From contig CAVUDW010000003.1 in assembly GCA_963740355.1 (NCBI GenBank), positions 960,001-1,024,000 on the forward strand: a DNA stretch of 64,000 nucleotides, written 5' to 3'. Under the pieces are notes generated by a model that did no database searches, was not told the origin of the DNA, and worked only from the letters and a program-made list of their open reading frames with translations. The position numbers and the translations under genes are program-made. Shown in pieces: positions 30,161 through 40,882 of the stretch (the first letter of the stretch is position 1; the number at the start of each line of letters is the position of its first letter). This DNA comes from an uncultured Gemmatimonadaceae bacterium. Its GTDB lineage: Bacteria; Gemmatimonadota; Gemmatimonadetes; Gemmatimonadales; Gemmatimonadaceae.

Positions 30161-32425
30161 ATGTTCGGCTCGCTGCTTCGTCGTCTCTCCGCTCTTGCTG
30201 CGAGTGCCCTGGTGGCCGCCGTCGCGGTGGCGCAGCCTGCCCCTCCAAGCCGAACGCCCGCCGTGCCGGGACCGACGCCGCCCGAGTCACCCATCGTCTC
30301 GACGTTCACGGACGTCGAAATGGCAGCGCGTCCAAGCACCCAGGCGTTTCGCACGCGCCGCGCGCCGGTGATCGACGGCAAGCTCACCGAGGCCGAGTGG
30401 GCGCTGGCACCGGCGATCACCGACTTCATTCAGCAACTGCCGCGCACCGGCTACCCGGCAAAATTCCAGACCACGGTGCGCGTGCTATTCGACGCCGATC
30501 ACATCTACATCGGCGCGACACTGTTCGATCCCGAGCCGAAGAAGGCGATCGTCTCGGGCAAGGAGCGCGATTTCGCGTCCGGTGCGAACGATCTCTTCGG
30601 ACTCGTGCTCGACACCTTCAAGGATCGTCGCAACAGCTTCCTCTTTCTCGTCAATCCCGCCGGTGCGGTGCGGGACGAGCAGACGTACAACGATTCACGG
30701 ACGATCGTCGAGGCGTGGGAGGGAGTGACGAAGGCGCGCACATCGCTCGGTGACTCCGCGTGGTTCGTGGAGATGGAAATCCCACTGCGCACGTTGCGCT
30801 TCGATGCGACGCGGTCACCGCAGGACTGGGGCGTCAACTTCATCCGGCGCGTGCGTCGGACCAGCGAGACGTCGTACTGGGCACCGCTCGAGCGACAGTA
30901 TCGTGTGCATCGGATGTCGAAGGCTGGCACACTGACGGGCCTCGACAGCTTGCGCCCTGGCCGCAACCTGCAGATCAAGCCCTACCTCGTTGGCAGCAAT
31001 TCCAGCGGACTGCAGGTGCCCGCATCGGCGCTGGGCACGAATGGCGATGTCGGCATGGATCTCAAGTACGGCGTGACGCCATCGCTGACTCTCGATGCGA
31101 CCTACAACACCGACTTCTCGCAGGTAGAGGTGGATCAGGAGCAGGTCAACCTGACGCGCTTCTCGCTGCTCTTTCCAGAGCGCCGTGAGTTCTTCATCGA
31201 AAACTCCGGGTCCTTCCAGTTCGGCGACGTGGTGGAGCGCAGCTATCGCATGGGAGCGAGTCCAAGCGACTTCACATTCTTCAACTCGCGACAGATCGGC
31301 CTCACCGCTGATGGTCGCCCAATCCCGATCGTGGGTGGCGCGCGCCTGACTGGTCGTGTGGGCCAGTGGGAGGTCGGGGCGCTCGACATGCAGACGCAGC
31401 GCGCGTCCGCTTCGCCGGCGGAGAACTTCGCTGTGCTGCGCGCACGTCGCAACCTGTTCGGCAAGTCTGACATCGGCGTCTTGCTGCAGAACCGGGCCGC
31501 CACCGACAGCAACAGCTGGAATCGCAGCGTTGGTGTCGACGCGAACCTGCGGATCGGCGGTAACACCATCGTGAATGGCTACGTCGCGCGCAGTGACGCG
31601 CCCGGTGCCGCACAGGATGGGACAGCCGCACGCGCGCAGGCCGCGTATCGTGGCAAGCTCTGGGACAACTCGATGATGTGGAAACGCGTGTCCGAGTCGT
31701 TCGCGCCGGGCATGGGATTCGTGCGGCGTCGCAACATCCAGCAGTTCTACACAACGATCGGCGCACACCCGCGTCCCATGATTCCGCGGGTCGCGGAAAT
31801 GAATCCGTATGTGCTGTTCGACTACATCACCGACCTCAAGTCGCAGCTCGACACACGCACGATCGCGGGTGGACTGGATGTGACGCTGAAGTCGGAAGCG
31901 GTGCTCTCGATGCTGGTGAGTGATCAATTCGACCGGATCGAGCAGACCTTTACGCTCGTCCCTGGGCGGACCGTGGCGCCGGGTGCCTACACCTGGCGCG
32001 ATGCGACGGTGAAATACAGCATGGCGCCGGGCAGTCGCGTGCTGGGAACGGTCAATGCGACCGTCGGCGACTTCTACACCGGGAGCCGACGCAGTGTCGG
32101 TGGCGGCGTCACGTGGCGACTGGCACCGGCACTCGGTCTCGAGACAACCTGGCAGCGCAATGCCATTTCGCTCGCCACCGGTGATTTCGTGGCCAACCTG
32201 GCCGGCCTCCGCGTGCGATATGCGTGGTCGACCACCCTGCTCGGCAGCGCATTCGTGCAGTACAACACCCAGACTCGCTCATTCAGCACCAATGCGCGGG
32301 TGAACTGGCGCTGGGCACCGCTGAGCGACGTGTTCCTCGTGTACACGGATCGCCGCGATAGCGAATCGTGGGACCGGAATGAGCGTTCGGTGGCCCTCAA
32401 GGTCACGCGGATGCTGGCCTTCTGA
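30161..32425 (+). CDS. CBM9-like plus DUF5916 outer-membrane protein
   Basis: PVIDGKLTEAEW, VEMEIP, NTDFSQVEVD...LFPERREFFIE; C-terminal Phe. Confidence 0.85.
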   Translation: MFGSLLRRLSALAASALVAAVAVAQPAPPSRTPAVPGPTPPESPIVSTFTDVEMAARPSTQAFRTRRAPVIDGKLTEAEWALAPAITDFIQQLPRTGYPAKFQTTVRVLFDADHIYIGATLFDPEPKKAIVSGKERDFASGANDLFGLVLDTFKDRRNSFLFLVNPAGAVRDEQTYNDSRTIVEAWEGVTKARTSLGDSAWFVEMEIPLRTLRFDATRSPQDWGVNFIRRVRRTSETSYWAPLERQYRVHRMSKAGTLTGLDSLRPGRNLQIKPYLVGSNSSGLQVPASALGTNGDVGMDLKYGVTPSLTLDATYNTDFSQVEVDQEQVNLTRFSLLFPERREFFIENSGSFQFGDVVERSYRMGASPSDFTFFNSRQIGLTADGRPIPIVGGARLTGRVGQWEVGALDMQTQRASASPAENFAVLRARRNLFGKSDIGVLLQNRAATDSNSWNRSVGVDANLRIGGNTIVNGYVARSDAPGAAQDGTAARAQAAYRGKLWDNSMMWKRVSESFAPGMGFVRRRNIQQFYTTIGAHPRPMIPRVAEMNPYVLFDYITDLKSQLDTRTIAGGLDVTLKSEAVLSMLVSDQFDRIEQTFTLVPGRTVAPGAYTWRDATVKYSMAPGSRVLGTVNATVGDFYTGSRRSVGGGVTWRLAPALGLETTWQRNAISLATGDFVANLAGLRVRYAWSTTLLGSAFVQYNTQTRSFSTNARVNWRWAPLSDVFLVYTDRRDSESWDRNERSVALKVTRMLAF

Positions 32426-32573
32426 CGACCGGCCTGCTGACGGCGCGCTAGTAAAGCTGAGCCCGCTGTTGACTGGCTCGACGGGCGCAACCGATGCATG
32501 ATCCTGAGGGTACCTTTCCTGTTGCCCTGCAACAGATTCGCGACGGCGCACCCTCCTCTCGACCCACGCACCG

Positions 32574-33539
32574 ATGCGCTCAACTCCCCGTCGATCCCGC
32601 CTGATCCGCGCTGTGCGACTGTCCGTCCTCGGTGTTGCGGTACTTGCGTGTGCGGCCGGCAGTGCGAGCGCCCAGAAGAAGCGGTCAGCACCTCGACGCG
32701 TGGCCGCTGGACCAGACACCGCCGCGCTGCAGACCAGGTGCACCGCAGGCAAGAGCGCGTCATGCCTGACCATGGCGTACCTGTTGCTCGAAGGAAAGCC
32801 GATCGCTGCCGACACCGCACGCGCGGTCACTTTCATGGAACGGGCTTGCCGCGCTGGGAGCGCCCGCAGCTGCGGGCAGACCGCGTGGATGCTGCGTCAG
32901 GGCAAGGGTGTCGCCGCCGATACGAGCAAGGCGTTCACGCTCTACGGCGTCGGCTGCACCGCCGGCGATGCGAAGTCGTGTACGTCACTCGGCTACATGT
33001 ATGAGACCGGTGCCGGTATCACGCGCGACGCGGCGCAAGCAGCGCGCTACTACGATCGCGCCTGCACGGCCGGCGACGCACGTGGTTGCGCGAACCTTGG
33101 CACGCTGACCGACTCTGGCCTCTCGATCGGCACCGACGCCGCGCGTTCGAATGTGCTGCTGACGCGTGCTTGCAAGAAAAAGAATTCCGCCGCCTGCAAC
33201 AACCTCGGGACCAACTTCGAGGCCGGCCGCGGTAGTGCCGCGAATCCGGTGCGGGCAGCGGCGTTGTATGGCAGCGCCTGTCGCGACAATCAGCTCGAGG
33301 CCTGCGTCAATCTCGGCTCGCTGACCGCGACGGGCCGCGGGGTGCGCCGCGATCCGGTGCGGGCCGCCAAGTTCTTCACGCAGGCCTGTGATGGCGACTT
33401 CGCGCCAGGGTGCGTGAATCTGGCGATCGCCCACCGACAGGGCGCCGGTGTGCCGCGCGATTCGGCACGGGCGCTGGAGTTGTTTGCGAAGGCATGCCGA
33501 CTCGACCCGACGTCCTGCCGTCGCCCGAATCGGCCCTGA
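32574..33539 (+). CDS. Secreted Sel1-like repeat (HcpA-type, Cys-paired) protein
   Basis: Repeats of about 36 aa of the form AC..G...GC.NLG..Y..G.GV..D. Confidence 0.9.
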   Translation: MRSTPRRSRLIRAVRLSVLGVAVLACAAGSASAQKKRSAPRRVAAGPDTAALQTRCTAGKSASCLTMAYLLLEGKPIAADTARAVTFMERACRAGSARSCGQTAWMLRQGKGVAADTSKAFTLYGVGCTAGDAKSCTSLGYMYETGAGITRDAAQAARYYDRACTAGDARGCANLGTLTDSGLSIGTDAARSNVLLTRACKKKNSAACNNLGTNFEAGRGSAANPVRAAALYGSACRDNQLEACVNLGSLTATGRGVRRDPVRAAKFFTQACDGDFAPGCVNLAIAHRQGAGVPRDSARALELFAKACRLDPTSCRRPNRP

Positions 33540-33562
33540 GCCGGTCGGGTTCCAGGTCCTGA

Positions 33563-33991
33563 TCAGGACGTGGTGGGCTCTTTCCCGTCCCACCACTCGC
33601 CGGGCACATACGTCCCGAAGTACCAGACGTTGTTTTCGGTATCACGCGCCTCGTAGCCACGGCCGCCGTAGCTGACATCCTCGGGAGCACGAGTGATCTT
33701 TGCCCCGGCAGCCGCCGCGCGAGCGTGGTGCGCATCAGCGTCTTCGACGACCACGCTGAGCGTCTGATTGACGCCGGTCAGATCGAGTGGACTGACCCAG
33801 CCCATCTCCGGCCGGGCGCTGCCGACCATCACGACCGAGTTCCGGAAGGTGAGTTCGGAATGTCGCACACCGCCGGTATCGTCCTCGACGACCAGTCGGC
33901 GCTGAAAACCGAACGCTCGTTCCAGGAAATCGATCGCCGCGTGTGCGTCGCGGTAGAACAGCGCTGGGCTGATGAAGCCGATGGCCGACAT
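33563..33991 (-). CDS. VOC/glyoxalase family protein
   Basis: PALFYRDAHAAIDFLERAFG...YGGRGYEARD. Confidence 0.9.
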   Translation of the reverse strand: MSAIGFISPALFYRDAHAAIDFLERAFGFQRRLVVEDDTGGVRHSELTFRNSVVMVGSARPEMGWVSPLDLTGVNQTLSVVVEDADAHHARAAAAGAKITRAPEDVSYGGRGYEARDTENNVWYFGTYVPGEWWDGKEPTTS

Positions 33992-34234
33992 GAAACGCTC
34001 CGGTAGAGGGGAGTCGGCCGCCTGCGCAGCGCCGCGGCGACTGCAGGGAACGAAGCGCAGGAGGCGCGACTATGTCATGCAGGAAGAGCCGGGAAACTGC
34101 GAGGGCAGGCTGTTGCCACGCGGCGAGGGGTGCCGTTGACCGGCGCCCACCACCGGAATCTTCGCCGCCAGACCGTTCGTCGCACAGGGGCAGGTGCCCT
34201 CGACGCCGCTGGCCAACGCTCAGGAGTGACCTGC

Positions 34235-34819
34235 ATGCCGCAGTCCCGATTCACGCTGTTGATTCTGTCCGCTATCGTTTTCCCGTCCGTCGCGAGTGCG
34301 CAGGCGCGCACCGCCCAGACTGCCACGAGGCCCGCCATGACGACTACGACCACGCCCCGCCCTTTCGTGAAGCCCACCGACGCCGAACTCCGCGCTAAAC
34401 TGACGCCTGAGCAGTATCAGGTCACGCAGCACGAAGGCACCGAGCGCGCGTTCCGCAATGCGTATTGGGACAATCACGAGGCCGGCATCTACGTCGATGT
34501 CGTCTCGGGTGAGGCGCTGTTCAGCTCACTCGACAAGTATGAGTCCGGCACTGGTTGGCCGAGTTTCACCAAGCCGCTCGAGCCGGCGAACATCAAGACC
34601 AAGTCTGACCGACAGTTCTTCATGACGCGCACCGAAGTCCGCAGCAAGAACGCCGACTCACACCTGGGCCACTTGTTTGACGACGGTCCCAAGCCAACCG
34701 GCCAGCGCTACTGCATGAATTCTGCGTCGATGCGCTTCATCCCGGTCGACAAGCTGGAAGCGGAAGGCTACGGACAGTATGTCGCCCTCTTCCGCGGGCA
34801 GTCATCGCCGCACAAGTAG
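34235..34819 (+). CDS. msrB: Peptide-methionine (R)-S-oxide reductase with signal peptide
   Basis: [30 protein letters not shown]. Confidence 0.95.
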   Translation: MPQSRFTLLILSAIVFPSVASAQARTAQTATRPAMTTTTTPRPFVKPTDAELRAKLTPEQYQVTQHEGTERAFRNAYWDNHEAGIYVDVVSGEALFSSLDKYESGTGWPSFTKPLEPANIKTKSDRQFFMTRTEVRSKNADSHLGHLFDDGPKPTGQRYCMNSASMRFIPVDKLEAEGYGQYVALFRGQSSPHK

Positions 34820-34852
34820 TCCAGCGCTGGTTGTCGATCGACGCGATACAGC

Positions 34853-34928
34853 GAAAGGCAGAAAGGCAGAAAGGCAGAAAGGCAGCGCGGAGAGTCTCCG
34901 CGCTGCCTTTCTGCTTCCTGCCTGCTTC
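34853..34928. terminator. Bidirectional hairpin with 8-bp tandem repeats (GAAAGGCA x4)
   Basis: Arms AGAAAGGCAGCGCGGAGA and TCTCCGCGCTGCCTTTCT between convergent genes. Confidence 0.75.
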
Positions 34929-34948
34929 GTACGGCGTTCGTACCTCGA

Positions 34949-37900
34949 CTACATCGCGATCTTCGGACGATTCGGCTTGATCTCTTCGTTGCTCGGTGTG
35001 AGTTCCGGGAGACCAGCAGCCTTGAGGATCGCATTCAATCGCGGCAGGTGACCATCGAGGCTCTTCTTGATGGCGCCCAGCTGCACCTCCAGCTTCCCGC
35101 TGAGCATCGTGAAGGCCTGCTGCGCCTGCACTGTCGGGCGGTATTCGCCTGAACCCACGGTGCCCGACAACGCCGCGATCTGGTTGTTCAACTTGATCGG
35201 GTAGTTGAGCGGGTCCTGCGAGCTCTGGTTCTTGGTCTGGTACACTTCGCCTTCCGCCGTGCCCAGTTCGGCCATCATTTCGTTGGCCAGTGACTGGAAC
35301 TCGATCGACGGCTGGCCCGTGAGCTTCGGGGCACGATCAGCAACCTGCCAGCGCATGTTGCGCACGGTGCGGACGGCCATGTTGGCATCGGTCGTCCGGT
35401 CGCGGATCGCCAGCAACATCTTGAACTGCGCCTGAAGATCGGCGTCCGTCGCATCGCTGCGCGGATCCTTCTTGATGCGGAACGGATAGGTCTGCACCGT
35501 GTTGCCAGCCGTCATGCGCACCGTGTACGTGCCCGGAGGTGCCATCGGGCCAGTCACTGAACCCGCCCACATGATCATGCCGTCGAAACGTGCGGCATCG
35601 GGATAGCGCATGTTCCAGCCGAAGGTGTTCATGCCGGCCTTGTTCGGCACACGTGCCGGACGCGGTGCGCGCGAGAACAGTTCTTCGAAGTCCACCGCAC
35701 CACCAGCGCCAGGCGCTGCAAAGCGTGCCGTCGCGACCTTGGTGGCGGAGTCACGCGACAGGCCGGCTTTCGTCATCGAATCGATTGCCGTTGCCTTCAG
35801 GCCATCGAGACGAAGCGAGTCGGCCTGCGAGTCCGGATCCTGGTCGCTGGTGAAGCCGGAAATCACCTTCCCTGCCGCGTCCATGAACTCGAACTTCACC
35901 GTCTGGTTCGGATCCTTGAGCCAGTACTGGAAGCGTGCGCCACCAGGCGGGTTAGCGCCAAGCCCGTCGCCGCCGCCTGCCATCTGTGCGAAGAATCCTC
36001 CGCCCCAATCCGTACGCCAGGCGTCACTCGGCTTGAAGAGATGCGCCGAGGAGGCCACGATGCTCGGCGTCACCTGACGCAGCGCATCGATGTTGTCGAG
36101 CACCCAGAAGCCGCGCCCATGTGTGGCGGCGATCAGGTCGTTGTCCTTGATCTTGATGTCGTGCACCGGCACCATCGGCAAGTTGCGCCGCATGGAGGTC
36201 CAGTTCATGCCATCGTCGAAGGAGACGTATGCGCCACGTTCCGTGCCTGCGAACAGGAGGCCGCGACGAACCGGATCCTCGCGCACGACGCGCAGGAAGT
36301 GCTCGTTGTCGATACCGCTGACGATCGACGTCCAGGTCTTGCCGAAGTCGGTGGTCTTGTAGATCAGCGGGCGCTTGTCACCGAGCTGGTAGCGATTCGC
36401 GGCGACATAGGCCGTACCGGCCGAGTAGTGCGAGGGCTCGATGATCGAGATGCGGGTGAAGTCGCCGATGCCGGGCGGCGTCACGTTTTCCCAGGTGCGA
36501 CCGTCATTCTTCGAGACGTGCACCAGACCGTCGTCGGTGCCGACCCACAGCACACCCTGCTGCACCGGCGATTCGTCGAACGCGAAGATCAACGCGTACG
36601 TCTCGACGCCTGTCTGGTCCTTCGTGATCGGGCCGCCCGAGGCTTCCATCGTCTTCGGATCGCGACGCGCCAGTTCCGGCGACACCTCGGTCCAGCTTTC
36701 ACCTTCGTTGGTGGAACGGAAGAGCTTCGAACCCGCGGCGTAGATCACATTCGGGTTATGCCGTGAGAACACGATCGGGAACGTCCACTGGAATCGGACA
36801 GCGATGTCCTTCGACGAGTATCCCATCGGGTTCACGGGATACACGGTGACGTTGCGCTCGAAGCCGGTGCGCATGTCCTTGCGCGTCAGCAGGCCGCCGT
36901 AGCTACCGGCGAAGATGATCCACGGCTTGGTCGGATGCGGCGTGACGTAGCCCGACTCACCACCACCAGCGTCCTTCCAGTCGGAGAGCGCCACGCGACC
37001 GTCGGCGCGGCTCGGGCCGCAGAGCGTGGAGTTGTCCTGCTGCGCACCACAGATCTGGTACGGGTAGTCGTTCGACGCATCGACGTGATACCACTGCGCG
37101 GTCGGGAAGTCTTCGTCGGTCCAGGTCTTGGCACCGTCGGTGCTCACGGTTGCGCCGCCGTCGTTCGCCTCGATCATGCGATTCGGGTCGTTCGGCGCGA
37201 TCCACAGGTCGTGGTTGTCGCCGTGCGGTACACGGATGCTGCCGGGGAAGGTCTTGCCGCCGTCGCGCGAGCGATGGAAGCCAACGTTCAACGCGTAGAT
37301 GACGTTCGTGTCCTTCGGGTCGGCGACGATGTTCGAGTAGTACCAGGCGCGCTGACGAAGCTTGCGATCGCGGTTGATGTAGCTCCACGTCGCGCCCGCA
37401 TCATCGGAGCGATAGACGCCGCCGGAATCGTGCTCGATCACGGCCCAGATACGGCTCGGCTTCACGGGCGAGATGGCGAGGCCGATCTTGCCCATCACAC
37501 CCTTCGGCAGGCCGGGGGCGGTGCGCGAGATGTTGGTCCACGTCACGCCGCCGTCAGTCGACTTGTAGATGCCGCTGCCAGGGCCGCCTGACGACAGCGA
37601 CCACGAGGTGCGGTATGCCTGCCAGGTGGCGGCGTAGAGGATGTCGGGATTCGACGGATCGACCTGGATGTCGATCGCACCAGTCGAGTCATCGACGAAC
37701 AGCACCTTGGTGAAGCTCTTGCCACCGTCGGTGGTCTTGAAGACGCCGCGGGTGTTTCCGGCCTTGAACGGATTGCCGAACACGGCCAGCCAGGCGATGT
37801 CCTTGTTCGTCGGATGGATGCGGATGGCGGCGATGTGTTCTTCGAGGAAGCCGAGTCGCGTCCAGACCTTGCCGCCGTCGGTGGTCTTCCAGAGACCGTC

Positions 37901-38341
37901 GCCACCGGCCGTGTTGCCACGAATGTCGGTCTCGCCACCACCGACCCAGACCACGTCCGCATTCTGCGGATCAACGGCGATCGAGCCGATCGTGCCGCCG
38001 AAGTACTTGTCGCTGGCGGCGGCCCAGTTCAGGCCACCATCGGTGGACTTGAAGACACCGCCACCCGTCGTGCCCATCCAGTATTCGTTGGGGCGCTGGA
38101 CCGAGCCGGCGGCCGCGACGGAACGACCACCGCGGGCCGGTCCGACTTCGCGCCAGCGAAGCATGCTGAAGACCGTGGTATCGAAGGTCAGCGGCCCCGA
38201 CGGGGCCGGCGGTACCACTCGACGGACGGCAGTCGCGGCGGCGGGTTTGGTCGTCTGGGCGTGTGAGGCCGCGGGGAGCAGGCCGAACAGGACCAGTGCG
38301 CCGGCCCATCGGGCGCCGGATCGCGGAAGCGTGAACGTCAC
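34949..38341 (-). CDS. Secreted VPS10/BNR-repeat (sialidase-like) glycosyl hydrolase
   Basis: Many Asp-box repeats (S/T-T-D-G-G-x-T-W); WREVGPARGGRS; AAGGAG RBS. Confidence 0.9.
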   Translation of the reverse strand: MTFTLPRSGARWAGALVLFGLLPAASHAQTTKPAAATAVRRVVPPAPSGPLTFDTTVFSMLRWREVGPARGGRSVAAAGSVQRPNEYWMGTTGGGVFKSTDGGLNWAAASDKYFGGTIGSIAVDPQNADVVWVGGGETDIRGNTAGGDGLWKTTDGGKVWTRLGFLEEHIAAIRIHPTNKDIAWLAVFGNPFKAGNTRGVFKTTDGGKSFTKVLFVDDSTGAIDIQVDPSNPDILYAATWQAYRTSWSLSSGGPGSGIYKSTDGGVTWTNISRTAPGLPKGVMGKIGLAISPVKPSRIWAVIEHDSGGVYRSDDAGATWSYINRDRKLRQRAWYYSNIVADPKDTNVIYALNVGFHRSRDGGKTFPGSIRVPHGDNHDLWIAPNDPNRMIEANDGGATVSTDGAKTWTDEDFPTAQWYHVDASNDYPYQICGAQQDNSTLCGPSRADGRVALSDWKDAGGGESGYVTPHPTKPWIIFAGSYGGLLTRKDMRTGFERNVTVYPVNPMGYSSKDIAVRFQWTFPIVFSRHNPNVIYAAGSKLFRSTNEGESWTEVSPELARRDPKTMEASGGPITKDQTGVETYALIFAFDESPVQQGVLWVGTDDGLVHVSKNDGRTWENVTPPGIGDFTRISIIEPSHYSAGTAYVAANRYQLGDKRPLIYKTTDFGKTWTSIVSGIDNEHFLRVVREDPVRRGLLFAGTERGAYVSFDDGMNWTSMRRNLPMVPVHDIKIKDNDLIAATHGRGFWVLDNIDALRQVTPSIVASSAHLFKPSDAWRTDWGGGFFAQMAGGGDGLGANPPGGARFQYWLKDPNQTVKFEFMDAAGKVISGFTSDQDPDSQADSLRLDGLKATAIDSMTKAGLSRDSATKVATARFAAPGAGGAVDFEELFSRAPRPARVPNKAGMNTFGWNMRYPDAARFDGMIMWAGSVTGPMAPPGTYTVRMTAGNTVQTYPFRIKKDPRSDATDADLQAQFKMLLAIRDRTTDANMAVRTVRNMRWQVADRAPKLTGQPSIEFQSLANEMMAELGTAEGEVYQTKNQSSQDPLNYPIKLNNQIAALSGTVGSGEYRPTVQAQQAFTMLSGKLEVQLGAIKKSLDGHLPRLNAILKAAGLPELTPSNEEIKPNRPKIAM

Positions 38342-38582
38342 GCGGAAGTCTCCTTGGGTGGGACAGGACTCGGGGGGCGACAGCAGCGCCGCCAATCAGC
38401 AGAAGAACGATGCAAACGCTACGCTCCGCAAGCCGTCAGCGCTGAGGGTTCGCGACGAGGCGTGCGCCCATACCGCGCGCGCGTGGGTGAGTTGGCGTGT
38501 GCCGCGTGAATCTTCATGAATCTTTCACGACTACGTGAGGCGCGCAGGCCAACGGTCCCTTGTGACGCGCGCACGCGGCGAC

Positions 38583-40160
38583 TCAGGGAATGCTGGGTGG
38601 CATCATCCCGGCATCCATTTCTGCCGTTTCGATCGGTGCGACCTTGCCGAGCTTGGCATTGAAGAAGCCAAGCAGCAGCAGTACGACGCCCCATTGCAGC
38701 ACAATCGTGCCGATGTTCTCGACGCCAAACGGATTCAGCGCCTCTGGACCACGGACTTGCCAGAGCCACCACCCCATCAGCGCAATTGCTTCGAGCGGCA
38801 CGAGGATCCGGATCACCCAGTCCCACCAGGCTCCGATCCGGATGTTCGAGTACTGATGGTTGATCTGTTCGGTGCGGAATCTTGTCGGCCCCATGCGGAT
38901 GACGGCCACCGCAAAGAAGAGGCCCGACAGCATCAGGGCGACGCCCCACACCCAGTCCTGGTTGTGCAGCACGTCGATCGAAAATGCCGACGGAAGGCCA
39001 AGCACCAGGCCGAAGGCTCCCACCACCCAGACGGCGCGCCGCCGCGTCCATCCCATGTCGAGCAGCACGCGGGTGCCAAGTTCGACCATCGAGATCAGGG
39101 AGGTGAACGCGGCAAGTGACAGCGCGAGGAAGAACAGCGTCATGAACAGGCCACCCGCTGGAAGCGTGGCAAACAGCTTCGGGATCCAGATGAATGTGAC
39201 GCCCTCGTTGCCTGCACCGAAAATCGTGCGCTGCACCAACCCGGCATCCAGCGTTGCACCGCCACGGATGGCCTGCTGGAGGTCAGGAAAGTCCACCAGC
39301 GCCGCGGGGTTGGTGGCGATGGATGACACCAGCTGCGGTATGACCGTGAACACCGTGCAGAAGACCATCATGCCGGCGCAGAGCGACACCAGGTTGTTGG
39401 CGGCCGGAAGCAGGAACGCATTGAGCGCAGTGTCCTCGTTGTGCCGCATGTACGCGGCGTACGTAAGGATCAGCCCCCAGCCCGCGCCCGTATCCCACGC
39501 ATTCTGCGTCAGTGCCTGCAGCCAGAGCGAGGCGTCAGCCAGCCGATGCCACTCCACACCATAGAAATACGAAAGGCCGGCACCGGCACCTGGCAACATC
39601 AGCGCACGCCCGGTCAGCACCAGGATGATCGCAATCAGGATCGGCATCAGGAGCGAGGTAGTGCGCTCGATCCCCTTCACGCCCTTGGCGACGATCAGCG
39701 TGGCACCGAGAATCGCAATGACATGCGGCAGCACGGGTGCCGTGCTGCCGGAGAAACTGCGCCAGAACGCCACCGAGTTCTCCGCTGTGACCTGCCCCAG
39801 CGCGGAAGCCGCGAAGTAGCGAAAGGTCCACCCGGTCACCACGGAGTAGTACGCCATGATCGCCACTGCGACGAAGGCGATGAACGCGCCCATCCACGCG
39901 GACCGCTTGCCCAGCGTGCGCACGAATGCACCGACCGGCCCGAGCCTGGTCATGCGACCCATCCCGAACTCGATCAGGATGAGCGGGATTGACCAGCTGA
40001 AGAGGCAGATCACCCAGGCCACCAGAAACGCGCCGCCGCCGTTGGTGGCAACGATGCGCGGGAATCGCCAGATGTTACCAGTACCGACCGCCATGCTCAG
40101 CATGGCGAGCATCATGGCCCATCGGGAGGAAAATGCCTTCGAATCGCTCACGTCGGTCAC
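38583..40160 (-). CDS. Sodium-dependent transporter (SNF/NSS family)
   Basis: AVGTGNIWRFP, NGGGAFL, YYSVVTGW, KGIER, AAFTSLISMVE. Confidence 0.93.
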   Translation of the reverse strand: MTDVSDSKAFSSRWAMMLAMLSMAVGTGNIWRFPRIVATNGGGAFLVAWVICLFSWSIPLILIEFGMGRMTRLGPVGAFVRTLGKRSAWMGAFIAFVAVAIMAYYSVVTGWTFRYFAASALGQVTAENSVAFWRSFSGSTAPVLPHVIAILGATLIVAKGVKGIERTTSLLMPILIAIILVLTGRALMLPGAGAGLSYFYGVEWHRLADASLWLQALTQNAWDTGAGWGLILTYAAYMRHNEDTALNAFLLPAANNLVSLCAGMMVFCTVFTVIPQLVSSIATNPAALVDFPDLQQAIRGGATLDAGLVQRTIFGAGNEGVTFIWIPKLFATLPAGGLFMTLFFLALSLAAFTSLISMVELGTRVLLDMGWTRRRAVWVVGAFGLVLGLPSAFSIDVLHNQDWVWGVALMLSGLFFAVAVIRMGPTRFRTEQINHQYSNIRIGAWWDWVIRILVPLEAIALMGWWLWQVRGPEALNPFGVENIGTIVLQWGVVLLLLGFFNAKLGKVAPIETAEMDAGMMPPSIP

Positions 40161-40237
40161 GGGTCGGGGGAGTGGCAGCCCCAAGTGTCGCTGGTCTCAC
40201 CGATGGAATCAAGAACCGGTCTCGCGCACGCCGTCCC

Positions 40238-40582
40238 TCACGGTGTATTGGCGTTCCGTCGCGTTTGCGCGCGCTTGCGCCGTGTCCGCGGGGCGGCGGG
40301 GACCACCAGCCCGCGCGCGAGCTTGGCCCTGGGTATTTCCGCGACCTCCTCGCGAATGGCCGCCCTCACCTTTTCAAACACTCGCTTGAACATCCGGTCA
40401 TACTGCGACTCGGTGATGCATCCCTCCTTCACGAGCGCGAGCAAGAGGCCGCGAGCGATGCCAACATCGAACAGCGATGCTGCGGCGCGCGCGCGGCGCT
40501 CCGCGTCCTTCAGGTACGCCGCGGCCTTGGGGGGCAGGGTCTTGCGTTCATCATCAGTCATGCTGCCGGCATATCGGGCCAT
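40238..40582 (-). CDS. Small orphan hypothetical protein (114 aa)
   Basis: GAGGAG RBS before ATG 40582; helical core with an Arg-rich tail. Confidence 0.6.
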   Translation of the reverse strand: MARYAGSMTDDERKTLPPKAAAYLKDAERRARAAASLFDVGIARGLLLALVKEGCITESQYDRMFKRVFEKVRAAIREEVAEIPRAKLARGLVVPAAPRTRRKRAQTRRNANTP

Positions 40583-40882
40583 GTGAATGCTCCTCGTTGA
40601 GTTGTGGTGCGCCTTGCCCGCGCGGGCGGACGTCAGACGGGTGTATACTGCGCGCGTGCTGCCAGCGTCGGTGCCGGATTGCATGCCGATGCACGCGCAT
40701 GTGTATCGGTGGATCGCTGAACGACGAGTTGCTGCAACCACGGATGGTGCGTGTCTGCCATCAGCAGGATCCGCGTGCTGTGCAGATACCCTGCGAGCGC
40801 CCTGATACCTTTGGCAACCAGCGCCGCGTGCTCGAAATCTTCTCCGCCTTGCTCGCGGAGACCGCCCTGACGTCATCCGCAC

